A DNA stretch of 64,000 nt from Dehalococcoidia bacterium (GCA_965217675.1 OZ244559.1:2131979-2195978), one strand, 5' to 3'; numbered from the stretch's first letter, positions 26,851-38,843 are shown. Numbers and translations are program-made. Notes: a model not told the origin generated them from the letters alone.

Positions 26851-27071
26851 TCACCATAGCCCGCCTTCGCCGACAGTCAAGGGCGGGGTTCCGCGATTTG
26901 CGACCTTGCAATGGCGCAATAGGGAGTCCACAATCGATAGACGGGTCCCTACACGAGAAACGGGACCACAGGGGGCGATGCGTGCAGCGCGGCTGGGAGC
27001 CGAAGCCCGGCGATCAGGTTGTCCGGCGTCCAAGAATTCAGGAGACCCGCCCTACCACTGTCCACATTCCG

Positions 27072-28424
27072 ATGCGTGCCCCGCGATTCCGGCCCATCAA
27101 CTCTCCCTTCACGCTGCTTTTTGGCCTGGCGCTGCTCATTGCCACCGGCACAGTGCTGCTGCTCTTCCCCTTCGCCAGCACCGACGGCGAGTGGACCTCA
27201 CCCATGGTCGCGCTGTTCACCGCCACCTCAGCGGCAACAGTGACGGGGTTGGTCGTGGTGGATACGCCGACGCATTGGAGCTATGCGGGGCAGGCGGTCA
27301 TCTGGGTGCTCATCCTCGTTGGCGGCCTGGGCTGGATGACAATGGCCGGGTTCATCTACATCCTCCTGGGCCAGCGCATCACCCTGCCGCAGCGCATGGC
27401 CTTCCGCGAGGGCCTGGGCGATACCCGCATCGGCGGGATCCTGCGAGCTATCCGCAACCTCATGGTGACGGCGCTGGTGTTGCAACTCATAGGTGGCATC
27501 CTGCTGACGATCCGCTTCCGCGGCAGCCTGGACCTCGGTCTGCTGGAAGCCACGTGGCTCGGCGTTTTCCAAGCCGTCAGCGGCTTCAACAACGCGGGCT
27601 TCACCACTCTGCCTGACTCGCAGAGTCTGAGCGCCTTTCGAGACGACTTCTTCACGCTGGGCGTCATGGCCTTCCTCATCATGGTCGGAGGGCTGAGCTT
27701 CGCTGTCATGTCGGAGCTCGTGCGAGTGCGGCGGTTCTCCCGGTTCAGCCTCGACACGAAGATCATTGTACTGGCCAGCGTGGCGCTGTGGGTCCTTGGG
27801 GCCGCTGTGGTGTTGGGGTTCGAGTACGACCGGCCGGAAACCCTGGGCCCCATGTCCATCGGAAACAAAATCGTTCACGCGACCTTTGAGTCGATCACGG
27901 CACGCGCCGCGGGGTTCAGCACCATCGACACGGGGGTCCTCAACTCCACGACGATCTTCTTCATCATGGGGCTCATGTTCATCGGGACGGCATCGGCGTC
28001 CGCGGGCGGCGGCATTCGGCTGAACACACTTGGCGTGATTGTGGCTACGATCATGTCCTCGATCCGCGGGCTTGATCGCGTGACGGCGTTCGGCCGGGAG
28101 ATATCGCCGTTCCAGGTTCACCGGGCCATCACCGTGGTGTCGCTGGGGTTCCTGCTGGTCTTTGTGGTGTCGTTCATTCTGACGGGTACGCAAAGCGGTG
28201 ATCTGCCCTTCATAGACCTACTCTTCGAGGCGTTCTCCGCCGTGGGCACTGTGGGACTGAGCACCGGGGTCACGCCTGAGCTCGGCGTGGTGGGGCAACT
28301 GCTGATCATCGTGACGATGGTAATCGGGCGCATCGGGCCGCTGGCGCTGGGGCTCGCGCTGGTGCAACACGAGGGCAAGACACCGCTCTATCGATTCCCT
28401 ACGGAGAGGGTTAGAATAGGCTAG
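27072..28424 (+). CDS. ktrB: TrkH/KtrB family potassium uptake membrane subunit
   Basis: 450 aa polytopic protein with repeated pore-loop-like GFNNAG / GFST / SAGGG / TVGLSTG motifs. The ORF-track start 26811 adds 87 non-membrane residues and is unlikely. Confidence 0.85.
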   Translation: MRAPRFRPINSPFTLLFGLALLIATGTVLLLFPFASTDGEWTSPMVALFTATSAATVTGLVVVDTPTHWSYAGQAVIWVLILVGGLGWMTMAGFIYILLGQRITLPQRMAFREGLGDTRIGGILRAIRNLMVTALVLQLIGGILLTIRFRGSLDLGLLEATWLGVFQAVSGFNNAGFTTLPDSQSLSAFRDDFFTLGVMAFLIMVGGLSFAVMSELVRVRRFSRFSLDTKIIVLASVALWVLGAAVVLGFEYDRPETLGPMSIGNKIVHATFESITARAAGFSTIDTGVLNSTTIFFIMGLMFIGTASASAGGGIRLNTLGVIVATIMSSIRGLDRVTAFGREISPFQVHRAITVVSLGFLLVFVVSFILTGTQSGDLPFIDLLFEAFSAVGTVGLSTGVTPELGVVGQLLIIVTMVIGRIGPLALGLALVQHEGKTPLYRFPTERVRIG

Positions 28425-28432
28425 GGGTAGGT

Positions 28433-29128
28433 ATGGCAAACAGACAAATCGTTGTCATCGGACTTGGCAGGTTTGGGTCAAGCGTGGCCTACACTCTGTA
28501 CCAGATGGGCCACGACGTCCTGGCGCTGGAATCGAACGAGTCGTTGGTGCAGGAGGCCATGGGCCGCGTCACCTACTCCGTTCGCGCGGACGCGACCCAG
28601 GAGAACGTGCTGCGAGAGCTGGGCGTACCCAACTTTGATATGGCCGTGGTGGCCATCGGCTCCAACGTAGAGGCGAGCATCATGGCCACCGTGCTTCTCA
28701 AGAGCATGGGCATCCCGTACATCGTCGCGCGGGCCCGCACGCCGCTGCACGGGCAGACGCTGGAGCGTGTCGGGGCGGACGTCGTCGTACACCCGGAGCA
28801 GGAGACGGGACAGCACGTGGCCCGCAATCTCTTCCATCCAGAGGTGCAGGACTACATGGAAGTGGCCCCCAACTTTGTCATCAGCAAAGTGCGCGCGTCC
28901 GCGCAGAGCGCGAACCGGACGCTGAAGGACATGGGGCTGGTCGGCGCGAGGGACAAGTATGGTCTCGCGGTGCTGGCAATCCGGCGCGGCAAGGACGTCA
29001 TCCTGCTGCCCGCCGAGGACGAGCGCATCCGCCCCGAAGACACCCTGGTGCTGGCCAGCACGGAGGAACTGCTGGACCGGTTGAACGAGTCTGGGGTTGC
29101 GGGCATGAATGGCGCGGGGGGCCGGTAG
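28433..29128 (+). CDS. ktrA: TrkA/KtrA potassium uptake peripheral subunit (RCK N + C domains)
   Basis: VVIGLGRFGSSVA NAD-binding motif and a C-terminal TrkA-C domain. AGGGGTAGGT SD. Confidence 0.85.
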   Translation: MANRQIVVIGLGRFGSSVAYTLYQMGHDVLALESNESLVQEAMGRVTYSVRADATQENVLRELGVPNFDMAVVAIGSNVEASIMATVLLKSMGIPYIVARARTPLHGQTLERVGADVVVHPEQETGQHVARNLFHPEVQDYMEVAPNFVISKVRASAQSANRTLKDMGLVGARDKYGLAVLAIRRGKDVILLPAEDERIRPEDTLVLASTEELLDRLNESGVAGMNGAGGR

Positions 29129-29177
29129 CGCGGCGACATGGCGAGCAAGAATCCATAGCAAAAACCTAGCTATGCTC

Positions 29178-29206
29178 TTGCACAACCGTTGAGCAACGTC
29201 CATAAT
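29178..29206 (+). promoter_or_regulatory. Candidate promoter for usp-trkA-trkA-pheA
   Basis: TTGCAC (29178-29183), 17-nt spacer, CATAAT (29201-29206). Confidence 0.4.
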
Positions 29207-29265
29207 CGGTTTTTGGGCATAATGTAGCCGAACTGCCCCAAAACTAAGGCGAGAATATCCGTCGA

Positions 29266-29748
29266 ATGCACATAAAGCGGCTGCTACTCCCTATCAATGG
29301 GCAGCGGGTCGACGAACATGCGTTGGAGTTCGCCTGCAGCCTTGTGCGGCAAGAGCACGGGTGTGTTTGCCTCCTCTCTGTGATTGAAGTCCCCCGCTCG
29401 TATGCCGTGGATGCCGAGTTGCCCGCCGCCGTCGCACAGAGCGAGGCGCTGCTGCGCCAGGGCGAGGCCTACGTCAGGGCCCGCAAAGTGAAGGTGGAAG
29501 CGGACCTCCTCCAGGCCAGGGACTCCGGCCCCGCCATCGTCAAGGAGGCGCAGGAGGAGCACGTGGACGCCATCCTGTTGGGCCTTCCGTACCGCAGGAA
29601 GCAGGACGGCCTGGCGCCCCAAAGCGACACCGCCTTCATCCTCGAGCATTCCCCCTGCCCGGTGCTCATCTTCCGCGAACCGATGCCTCCAGAGCCCGCT
29701 TCGGAGAAACACGCAGCTGTGGAGCATACATCCAAAGGCCGCCAATGA
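29266..29748 (+). CDS. Universal stress protein (UspA family)
   Basis: 160 aa, Usp fold pattern (LLPINGQ..., DAILLGLP..., CPVLIF). Confidence 0.8.
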   Translation: MHIKRLLLPINGQRVDEHALEFACSLVRQEHGCVCLLSVIEVPRSYAVDAELPAAVAQSEALLRQGEAYVRARKVKVEADLLQARDSGPAIVKEAQEEHVDAILLGLPYRRKQDGLAPQSDTAFILEHSPCPVLIFREPMPPEPASEKHAAVEHTSKGRQ

Positions 29749-30152
29749 ACGTCATCGTGATGGGATGCGGTCGACTAGGAACGCAAGTTGCGACCTCCTT
29801 GTGGAGGGAGGGTCACCACGTCACCGTGCTAGACACCGTCCCCGAGAGCTTCCTCAGCCTCCCACGGGAACTCCGTGAAACCGAAGGCGCAACCATCGTG
29901 TGCGACGGCATTCTGGAGGAGGAGCTCATAGATGCAGGCATCCAGGAAGCCGATGTCTTTGTCGCCGTCTCCAACCGTGACAACCGCAATGCCATGGCCG
30001 CGCAGAGGGCCAAGCACATCTTCAACGTGCCGCAGGTGGTATGCCGGGTGGGCGACGTGGAGCGGCAGGATATGTACAACAGTCTGGGTCTGGCGGCGAT
30101 AAGCCCGACCAAAATCACGTCCGCCCTCATCCTGGAGGCGGTGTTTCCGTAA
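29745..30152 (+). CDS. TrkA-N (RCK N-terminal NAD-binding) domain protein, no C domain
   Basis: VIVMGCGRLGTQVA motif, 135 aa. ATGA overlap with the usp stop. Confidence 0.8.
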   Translation: MNVIVMGCGRLGTQVATSLWREGHHVTVLDTVPESFLSLPRELRETEGATIVCDGILEEELIDAGIQEADVFVAVSNRDNRNAMAAQRAKHIFNVPQVVCRVGDVERQDMYNSLGLAAISPTKITSALILEAVFP

Positions 30153-30155
30153 CCC

Positions 30156-30821
30156 ATGTACATCGTAGTCATTGGCGGCGGCAGAGTGGGCTTCTACCTG
30201 GCCCGCGCCCTATTCAACGCGGGCCACGAGGTCTTCATCGTCGAGCGGGACGACAAGCGCGTTGAGGAGCTAGTCGCACACTTCGGCAACGTCGCCATCA
30301 AGGGCGACGGCTCCGAGCCGATTATCCAGATGGAGGCAGGCGTCGCGCGGGCCGACATCCTCATCGCCACCACCGGCGCAGACGAGGACAATCTCGCGGC
30401 GTGCCAACTGGCCAAACACCGGTTCAACGTGCCGAAGACAGTAACCCTCATCAACAGCCCGGAGGATGAGCGGCTCTTCCAGATCCTGGGCATTGACGTG
30501 GTGGTCAGCAGCACTCAGCTGCTCCTAGGCGCCATCGAAGAGGAGTTGCCCGCCCACACGAGGGCGCATGTGTTGCCCGTGCAGGGCAACCGGGAGGCAG
30601 CCACCATCGAGGTGCACGCGGGCTCGCCGGTCATCGGCAAGCGGCTCTGCGACGTTCCGCTCCCGCCGGACACATACGTGGTTGCCGTGGTGGACCGGGA
30701 AGGGCGCATGAAGGAGCTCAACGACGACACACGGCTTGACCTCCACGACGAAATAGTCGCATTAACAGTGGCTGACCAGGCAGAAGCCCTCCTGGAAGTC
30801 CTGAGCGCCAGGAGGCAATGA
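30156..30821 (+). CDS. TrkA family protein (RCK N + C domains)
   Basis: VVIGGGRVGFYLA motif plus a TrkA-C domain. Starts 3 nt after the preceding gene. Confidence 0.85.
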   Translation: MYIVVIGGGRVGFYLARALFNAGHEVFIVERDDKRVEELVAHFGNVAIKGDGSEPIIQMEAGVARADILIATTGADEDNLAACQLAKHRFNVPKTVTLINSPEDERLFQILGIDVVVSSTQLLLGAIEEELPAHTRAHVLPVQGNREAATIEVHAGSPVIGKRLCDVPLPPDTYVVAVVDREGRMKELNDDTRLDLHDEIVALTVADQAEALLEVLSARRQ

Positions 30822-31672
30822 TGCCCAAGCGAATCGCGTACCTGGGCCCGCCGGGGACATACACCGAAGACGCTACGGAGCGCTACGATCCCGCCGCGGA
30901 GCGCCACCCGTACCCGACCATCACCGCGACCGCGGAGGCCGTGCGCTCCGGCGAGGTCGACGAGGGCGTCGCCCCCATCGAGAACAGCCTGGAGGGCGCC
31001 GTCAACGAAACCCTTGACCTGCTCATCCGCGAGGCCATGCTGTCGATTCGGCAGGAAGTACTGGTGCCCATCCGCCACTGCCTATTGGTCAAGCCGGGAA
31101 CGACGGCATCGAGCATCGAGGTGGTCTACTCCCACCCGCAGGCGCTGGGGCAATGCCGCCGCTACCTGGAGGCAACGCTCCCGAATGCTCGGCCTGTGGC
31201 CGCCCTCTCCACGGCGGGGTCCGTCGAGCAGATGCAGGCGAGCGACGTGCCCGCGGCGGCCATCGCGTCGAGGCGGGCCGGCGACCTCTACGGCGCGCAC
31301 GTGCTGGAAGAGGACATCCAGGACGAGGCCGGGAACTCCACGCGTTTTGTCGTACTGGCCATGGAGGACCACGAGCCGACGGGCGACGACAAGACGTCCA
31401 TCTGCTTCGACTTTGACGAGGACAAGGGCCCTCTCGTGGGGGACACGCCGGGACTGCTCTACAACGTCATCGGCGAATTTGCCCGGCGCAACATCAGCAT
31501 GACGAAGATCGAGTCGCGGCCAGCAAAGCGGGAGATGGGCCGCTACATCTTCCTGGTTGACCTGATGGGGCACCGGCTGGACCCGCTTATGGTGGAGGCG
31601 TTGGAGGAGGTTCGCATCCGCACCTCCACGCTCAAGGTCTTCGGCTCCTACCCGCGCTACAGGGAGCCCTAG
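30818..31672 (+). CDS. pheA: Prephenate dehydratase
   Basis: IAYLGPPGTYTE, TRFVVL and ESRP (ACT domain) motifs. ATGA overlap with the trkA stop. Confidence 0.9.
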   Translation: MMPKRIAYLGPPGTYTEDATERYDPAAERHPYPTITATAEAVRSGEVDEGVAPIENSLEGAVNETLDLLIREAMLSIRQEVLVPIRHCLLVKPGTTASSIEVVYSHPQALGQCRRYLEATLPNARPVAALSTAGSVEQMQASDVPAAAIASRRAGDLYGAHVLEEDIQDEAGNSTRFVVLAMEDHEPTGDDKTSICFDFDEDKGPLVGDTPGLLYNVIGEFARRNISMTKIESRPAKREMGRYIFLVDLMGHRLDPLMVEALEEVRIRTSTLKVFGSYPRYREP

Positions 31673-34600
31673 GACTCGACATCGGCGTCGACGCGGTAGA
31701 CCGTGACCTCGGGGTTTTCATACGCGACGGACAGGACTCCGCGCTCCCTCATCGCCTCGAACTTGGCCAGCCCCTCTTCCGGGTAGTATTGCCGCTCCGT
31801 TTGGCCGACGTACACATAGTCGACATCGTATTCCCGGAGCAGCGAGAGCGTTTCTTCCTCATCCAGTCCGGCATACATCCTGATCACCGCCGCTTCGCGT
31901 TCGTACACGGCAGGGCACGGGTCGACGCCGCAACGTTGCTGCCGCTGGTGCCAGTCCCATCCCAAGACCGTCGACAGGCCTGTGTACACCGAGACGCGGC
32001 TACCCCATCGATACAGCGGCGTCCTGCCGTCGAGAACAACGGGCGTGCCCTCGAGGTTGTCCCGCAGCCAATTGATGGCGTGCAGGTCCCACTTGAGCTC
32101 GGTTTCCTCCGGGTCGAAATAGACGGCGTTCTCCATGTACGCGGTACCGTCCAGCGTCAGCGGTGTCGTCGCAAACCTGTTGTCCAATCGCGCGCCAGTG
32201 CCCAGGACCGGATACACAGCCGATGCCGTGAGCAGCACCAGCAGGCCCGCCGTCCACGCGACTGTAACCAGGCGAGGGCGAGTGAACCAGCCGCGCACGA
32301 AGCCCAAGTGCCACAGCGCATATGAGCCGGCAAGCGAGAAGAACAGCCACGCCTGCAAGTAGAGCTTGAACACCGTATTCTGCCGGTCGATGTCGCCCTT
32401 CATGACAAGGAGGTCCACTCCCACGCCGATAGCGAGGGCCATCGCCAGCAGTCCCAAGGGCAGTAGGGTGTAGGGCGCGGCGCCCTTGGCCCAAACTGAT
32501 GTGCCGCCCCAACTCCAGCGTCGGAAGAACGTCCACCCAAGCAGCAGCGCCAGCACGGACAGGAGAGCAACGCTGAGCATTGCCACTACACCAAGGCCGA
32601 AGACCGTCAATGCGAGGACGAGTGACCCCAGAACGCCGACCACGAAGCCCAGCACCAATTGCCAAGGGCCTCCGCGCGTTGACGCCCAGCGCCAGAATCG
32701 CGGCAGAGCCTCCACCGCCAGCAGGGTCAGAAGCACGTAGATGAACAGTCCGTGTATTGCGAGGTACTGCGCAATGGGCGTCGTCACCGGGGCAACGCCG
32801 ATTCCGGGGAAGCCGTTCTCCAACCTCAGGTGAAACGGAAGCCAGAATGCAATCGCCAACATGGCGAACAGCAGCAACAACCCCGCTGTCCGATATGCCA
32901 GCGCCCGGCTCAGGCTTCGAGACGCCAGCCACTGACCAGCGACAATGCTGACCGCGCCAAGGCCAACGTACGTGGGGAGGTCCCACGTGTTGGTGATTGC
33001 CATCGCGCCTGCGGTTAGCGCAAGCAAGGCGAACGATAGCGCGAATCGCCATGGGGGGATGCCTCGACGCGAGAGCAGCACGGTGTTCATGCACAGGCCG
33101 ATGGCCAACAGGGCTAGGGGCATCGCCATGAGGTGGGCGTGTAGGTCGGCGAAGAGGAAGGTGAAGAAGGGGAACTCCGTGATCTCGAAACCGGGCGGGT
33201 CCGGCGGCATCATGCGCGTGGGCGCCCAGAAGTCGAAGTTGGCGATTGCGCCGCGCACAAGCTGCCCACCGCCGTGCAGGTTGCCCAAGACGACGGCCAT
33301 CGTCGAGGCAGCGCCGCCCGCGGCAACGGCGGTCCATCGTGGGGGGCGCACGGCTCGTCGCAACCACCGCCGAGCGCTTTCTGTGACGTTGTAGCCGAGG
33401 GAGAAGGCGGCGCCGGCGGTCAAGGCAAAGAAGAGGGGCACGGCCAGGTTGTACGCCACTGCCGACGGAATGCCGGTTGCGCGAATGATCGTCGCAACCA
33501 TGAACTGCCCGTAGTAGTAGTAGTTCAGGGCGCCGCCAGCAAACCACGGGTCCAGCGGCGGCATGGTGGTGGAACGGAGGACGGCGTTCAGGTACGCGAA
33601 GTCCATGGGCTTTTCGCCACCCAAGTACGGGTGCCACAGGTCCGGGTTTGCGGCGCGCACGAACACGAAGGCCAGGAACGCTGTGAGGAAGAGGGCCTCC
33701 TCAGCAAGCAGGATTCGCCAGCGCCGTCGCACAAAGCTCAGCAGGCTCTGGCGGAAGCGGTAGGCCAACCAGCCTGAAGCCAGCGCGGTCAGGAGAAAGC
33801 CAAGGGCAATGCTCGTTCGCCCAAACCCAATCCACCCAAGGCTCGCCAGCAGCCAGGGGACGTACGTCAACAGCAGCAGCCCCAGCGGTCGCGCCAGCAG
33901 GTAGCCACGGTCGGGGAGCGCGCGGAAGACCACGAGTCCCAGCGGCAACGTCACCAGTGTCCCTGCGTACACGGCCAGTAGCCACATTACGACAGGCCAT
34001 CGCGCGCCGACGCCGTCGGGAGGCGTGATGTCGCGCAGGGCGCCGCCGGCCTGCTGCCGCTCCCACTCGTCCGCGGGCATTAGCATGGGGTCGAACCGGG
34101 GCCCATCCTGTCTTGAAGCAGGGCCGAGTATCCCCAGCAGCTGTGCGACGTTGCGCCGCCCCGTGTTCTCGAACACGAGCACCTGCGGGTGGTCATAGAC
34201 GCTGAAGCTCTCGTCCGCAAAGCCCATGTGCACGCGGAGGCCGCCGAGCGCGAAGGCGTCGATGCCCTCGGGCGGCGTCAGCGCAGGTCGGCCGAAGACG
34301 TCGTTCACGAGGCTTACGCCTAAGAGCGAGGGGTACTTCTGCTCGACGTGCACAAGCTCGTAGCCGAGCTCACCTTCGAAGAGCAGCGGATAGAAGGCGC
34401 GGGTCATGGTGTATGGAATGGGGTAGTCCTCGGGCAGTCGAGGGATCGTGCCAAAGAGGCGGCTGCTGTAGAAGTGGAGGTAGTCCCCCTCTGCCAAGTC
34501 GGTCGCGACCTTCGCAATCTTGTCCGATGTGTCCGCGTTGTACATGGGCAGCTCGCGGTGCTGGTAGCCCTCGAGTCCGCGCAGCCCCTCTTCCCAATGC

Positions 34601-35961
34601 TCCTTGAGCATCACCGCGCCCTCCGGCGCATTGGCCTTGAGCCACGACGCAGCCTCGTTCGCGGGGTGCGGCACGGCGTACATCGCCGCGAAGCTCATCG
34701 CATAGAGGGCCGTTGCCGCAGTCGCTACGACGATGCCTGCTGCGGCCCATCGGGCGAACGACGGCGCACGCTCCCGGACCCAATCCACTCCGCCAAACAG
34801 CATGGCCGCGCCAAGCAGGACCGCGAGCGGCGTTGCAGGCAGCAGGTAGCGGAGGAACTTGACCTCCAGCATTCCCGTGACAAGGAGCAGTGGGACGAGG
34901 AATGACAGCAGCAGTGTCAACTCGGCGCCGCCGCGCCACAGGACTTTGACGCCGGCCCAGACCAGCCCGCCCAGCGCCACGAGGCCTAGCGGCGGGCCGA
35001 GGCTAAACAGCGTGAGGTGCCAAGCCTGGTACACGAAGGGGATGGTGTCCACGTACTGCCGCGTGTAGGGGTAGTCGCGGATGCGGCGGACCACCTCGCT
35101 TTGCTCCATGACGTCGGCGAGGTACCGGCCTGAGTCCAACAGCGCGTATGGCTCCGTCACAACGAATGCCACGGCCGCGACGCCGAAGGCCGACGCTACG
35201 GCAATCGCCTGCCTCCACCACGCGGCGGGAACGTCGAAGGGGACCGCGAACACCGGCGCCTGCCGCCATGCCGCGAAGACATGTGCCAGCGCCAGCGGCA
35301 GCAGAATCGGCGCCGAGCTCACCTTGGTGGCCATCGCCAGGCCCACGAAGACTCCGGCCCACAGGGAGTCGCGCAGGCGGCCTCGCCGAACGATCTGCAC
35401 CATGAAGTAGAGGCTCGTGGTGGTGAACAGCGTCTGAAAGGTCTCGGCGGCAAAGAAATGGCTCAACTGAATGTGCAGCACGGCCATCGCAATCAGCCCG
35501 GCGGCCAGCAGCCCGACGCGCCGGTTAAACAGCAGCAGCCCGAGTTTGTAGACCACAGCCACTGTCGCCGTATCCGCCAGCGCCGACAGCACGCGGCCCA
35601 CGCGACTCAGCTCCACGATGTCCAAGTTGGTGAAGGGCGCGATCGCCAGTTGCAGCGCCTTCAGCGCGTAGATGGGGAGCGTGCCGTAGGGGAACCACCG
35701 GGGATTCAGCGGACTCTCGTCGGCGTTGAACAGGATGCCGAGGTTGCTCAGTGCGGGCAGACCGAGATCGTAGGTGTGGGTCAGAATGGCGCGCTCGTCA
35801 GGGTGGTAGAGGCCGCCACCATCCCAGTCGATGCCGTAGAGGCGGAGGACAAGGGCGACCGCCAACACGAGCGGAAGCGCCAGCCTCTCGGCCCAAGGCA
35901 GCAGCGCGTGCCATGCCTGCACGGCGCCACCAGAGCGCAGTTCTCCCTCAGTTTCCGCCAT
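31669..35961 (-). CDS. Giant polytopic membrane protein: GT-C/PMT_2-like N-terminal region + DUF2298 ('chlor_Arch_YYY') domain
   Basis: 1430 aa with dozens of hydrophobic segments. NYYYYGQ motif; C-terminal soluble region with LGWDWHQRQQR, typical of DUF2298 proteins. Confidence 0.85.
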   Translation of the reverse strand: MAETEGELRSGGAVQAWHALLPWAERLALPLVLAVALVLRLYGIDWDGGGLYHPDERAILTHTYDLGLPALSNLGILFNADESPLNPRWFPYGTLPIYALKALQLAIAPFTNLDIVELSRVGRVLSALADTATVAVVYKLGLLLFNRRVGLLAAGLIAMAVLHIQLSHFFAAETFQTLFTTTSLYFMVQIVRRGRLRDSLWAGVFVGLAMATKVSSAPILLPLALAHVFAAWRQAPVFAVPFDVPAAWWRQAIAVASAFGVAAVAFVVTEPYALLDSGRYLADVMEQSEVVRRIRDYPYTRQYVDTIPFVYQAWHLTLFSLGPPLGLVALGGLVWAGVKVLWRGGAELTLLLSFLVPLLLVTGMLEVKFLRYLLPATPLAVLLGAAMLFGGVDWVRERAPSFARWAAAGIVVATAATALYAMSFAAMYAVPHPANEAASWLKANAPEGAVMLKEHWEEGLRGLEGYQHRELPMYNADTSDKIAKVATDLAEGDYLHFYSSRLFGTIPRLPEDYPIPYTMTRAFYPLLFEGELGYELVHVEQKYPSLLGVSLVNDVFGRPALTPPEGIDAFALGGLRVHMGFADESFSVYDHPQVLVFENTGRRNVAQLLGILGPASRQDGPRFDPMLMPADEWERQQAGGALRDITPPDGVGARWPVVMWLLAVYAGTLVTLPLGLVVFRALPDRGYLLARPLGLLLLTYVPWLLASLGWIGFGRTSIALGFLLTALASGWLAYRFRQSLLSFVRRRWRILLAEEALFLTAFLAFVFVRAANPDLWHPYLGGEKPMDFAYLNAVLRSTTMPPLDPWFAGGALNYYYYGQFMVATIIRATGIPSAVAYNLAVPLFFALTAGAAFSLGYNVTESARRWLRRAVRPPRWTAVAAGGAASTMAVVLGNLHGGGQLVRGAIANFDFWAPTRMMPPDPPGFEITEFPFFTFLFADLHAHLMAMPLALLAIGLCMNTVLLSRRGIPPWRFALSFALLALTAGAMAITNTWDLPTYVGLGAVSIVAGQWLASRSLSRALAYRTAGLLLLFAMLAIAFWLPFHLRLENGFPGIGVAPVTTPIAQYLAIHGLFIYVLLTLLAVEALPRFWRWASTRGGPWQLVLGFVVGVLGSLVLALTVFGLGVVAMLSVALLSVLALLLGWTFFRRWSWGGTSVWAKGAAPYTLLPLGLLAMALAIGVGVDLLVMKGDIDRQNTVFKLYLQAWLFFSLAGSYALWHLGFVRGWFTRPRLVTVAWTAGLLVLLTASAVYPVLGTGARLDNRFATTPLTLDGTAYMENAVYFDPEETELKWDLHAINWLRDNLEGTPVVLDGRTPLYRWGSRVSVYTGLSTVLGWDWHQRQQRCGVDPCPAVYEREAAVIRMYAGLDEEETLSLLREYDVDYVYVGQTERQYYPEEGLAKFEAMRERGVLSVAYENPEVTVYRVDADVES

Positions 35962-36015
35962 AGCTCGCCGCCACGACAGATCGAGCCCGACGGCCCCCCC
36001 TGGGCATCGTCTTGG

Positions 36016-37029
36016 CTACAGCCCCTTGGCCGCGAGGAATGCACACAGGTCCGACGTTCGGCAAGAGTAACCCCACTCGTTGTCGTACCAGCCCATGACC
36101 TTCACCATGTTGCCGCCAAGGGACATGGTAATGCCGGAGTCGATGCTGCAGGAGTGCGGGTCCTCCTTGAAGTCGCTGCTGACGAGGGGCTCATCACAGA
36201 CCTGCAGGATCCCCATGAGCGGGCCCGCGGCCGCCGCCCTGAAGGCGTCGTTTATCTCCTCCGCGGTGGCATCGATGTCCAGCGTGGCGGTAAGGTCGAT
36301 AATCGAACCGGTTGGTACGGGGACCCGGTAGGCCAGGCCGTGGATCTTGCCGTTCAGTTCCGGCAGCACAAGGCCGACCGCGCGCGCCGCGCCCGTCGTC
36401 GTTGGGATAATGTTCTCCGCCGCCGCACGCGCTCGACGCAGGTCCGAGTGGACGACATCCAGGGTGCGCTGGTCGTTAGTGTAGGCGTGCACGGTGGACA
36501 TCAGCGCCTTCTCGATACCAAAGGCCTCGTGGAGCACCTTGGCCATTGGCGCGACGCAGTTGGTGGTGCAGGAGGCGTTGGAGAGCACGTTGTGCAGGGA
36601 GGGGTCGTACTTGTCCTCGTTCACGCCCAGGACTATCGTCAGGTCCTCGCCGGTGGCCGGGGCGGAGATGACGACCTTGCGGACGGTGTCGTGGATGTGG
36701 GCCGCGGCCTTCTCGGCCTGGGTGAAAATGCCGGTGGACTCTATCACCATCTCGGCGCCCACCTCGCCCCAGGGGATCTGGGCTGGGTCTCGCTCGGAGA
36801 AGACGCGGACGGCCCGCTCATTGACCACGAGATTGCCATCGCTGACCTCGACGGTGCCTGGGAATCGGCCATAGTTGGTGTCATACTTTAGCAGGTGGGC
36901 GTTGGCATGGCTGTCCGCAAGGTCGTTCACCGCGACGACTTCCAGGTCGGACGGGTGCCGTTCCAGAATCGCCTTGAACACCTGCCGACCAATCCGGCCA
37001 AACCCATTGATCCCAATCTTGGTCGCCAT
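36016..37029 (-). CDS. gap: Type I glyceraldehyde-3-phosphate dehydrogenase
   Basis: INGFGRIGR and active-site SCTTNC. GGAGGGAG SD. Confidence 0.95.
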   Translation of the reverse strand: MATKIGINGFGRIGRQVFKAILERHPSDLEVVAVNDLADSHANAHLLKYDTNYGRFPGTVEVSDGNLVVNERAVRVFSERDPAQIPWGEVGAEMVIESTGIFTQAEKAAAHIHDTVRKVVISAPATGEDLTIVLGVNEDKYDPSLHNVLSNASCTTNCVAPMAKVLHEAFGIEKALMSTVHAYTNDQRTLDVVHSDLRRARAAAENIIPTTTGAARAVGLVLPELNGKIHGLAYRVPVPTGSIIDLTATLDIDATAEEINDAFRAAAAGPLMGILQVCDEPLVSSDFKEDPHSCSIDSGITMSLGGNMVKVMGWYDNEWGYSCRTSDLCAFLAAKGL

Positions 37030-37056
37030 GCTCTCCCTCCGTCTGTCTTCTCTGAA

Positions 37057-38843
<1,787 letters not shown>

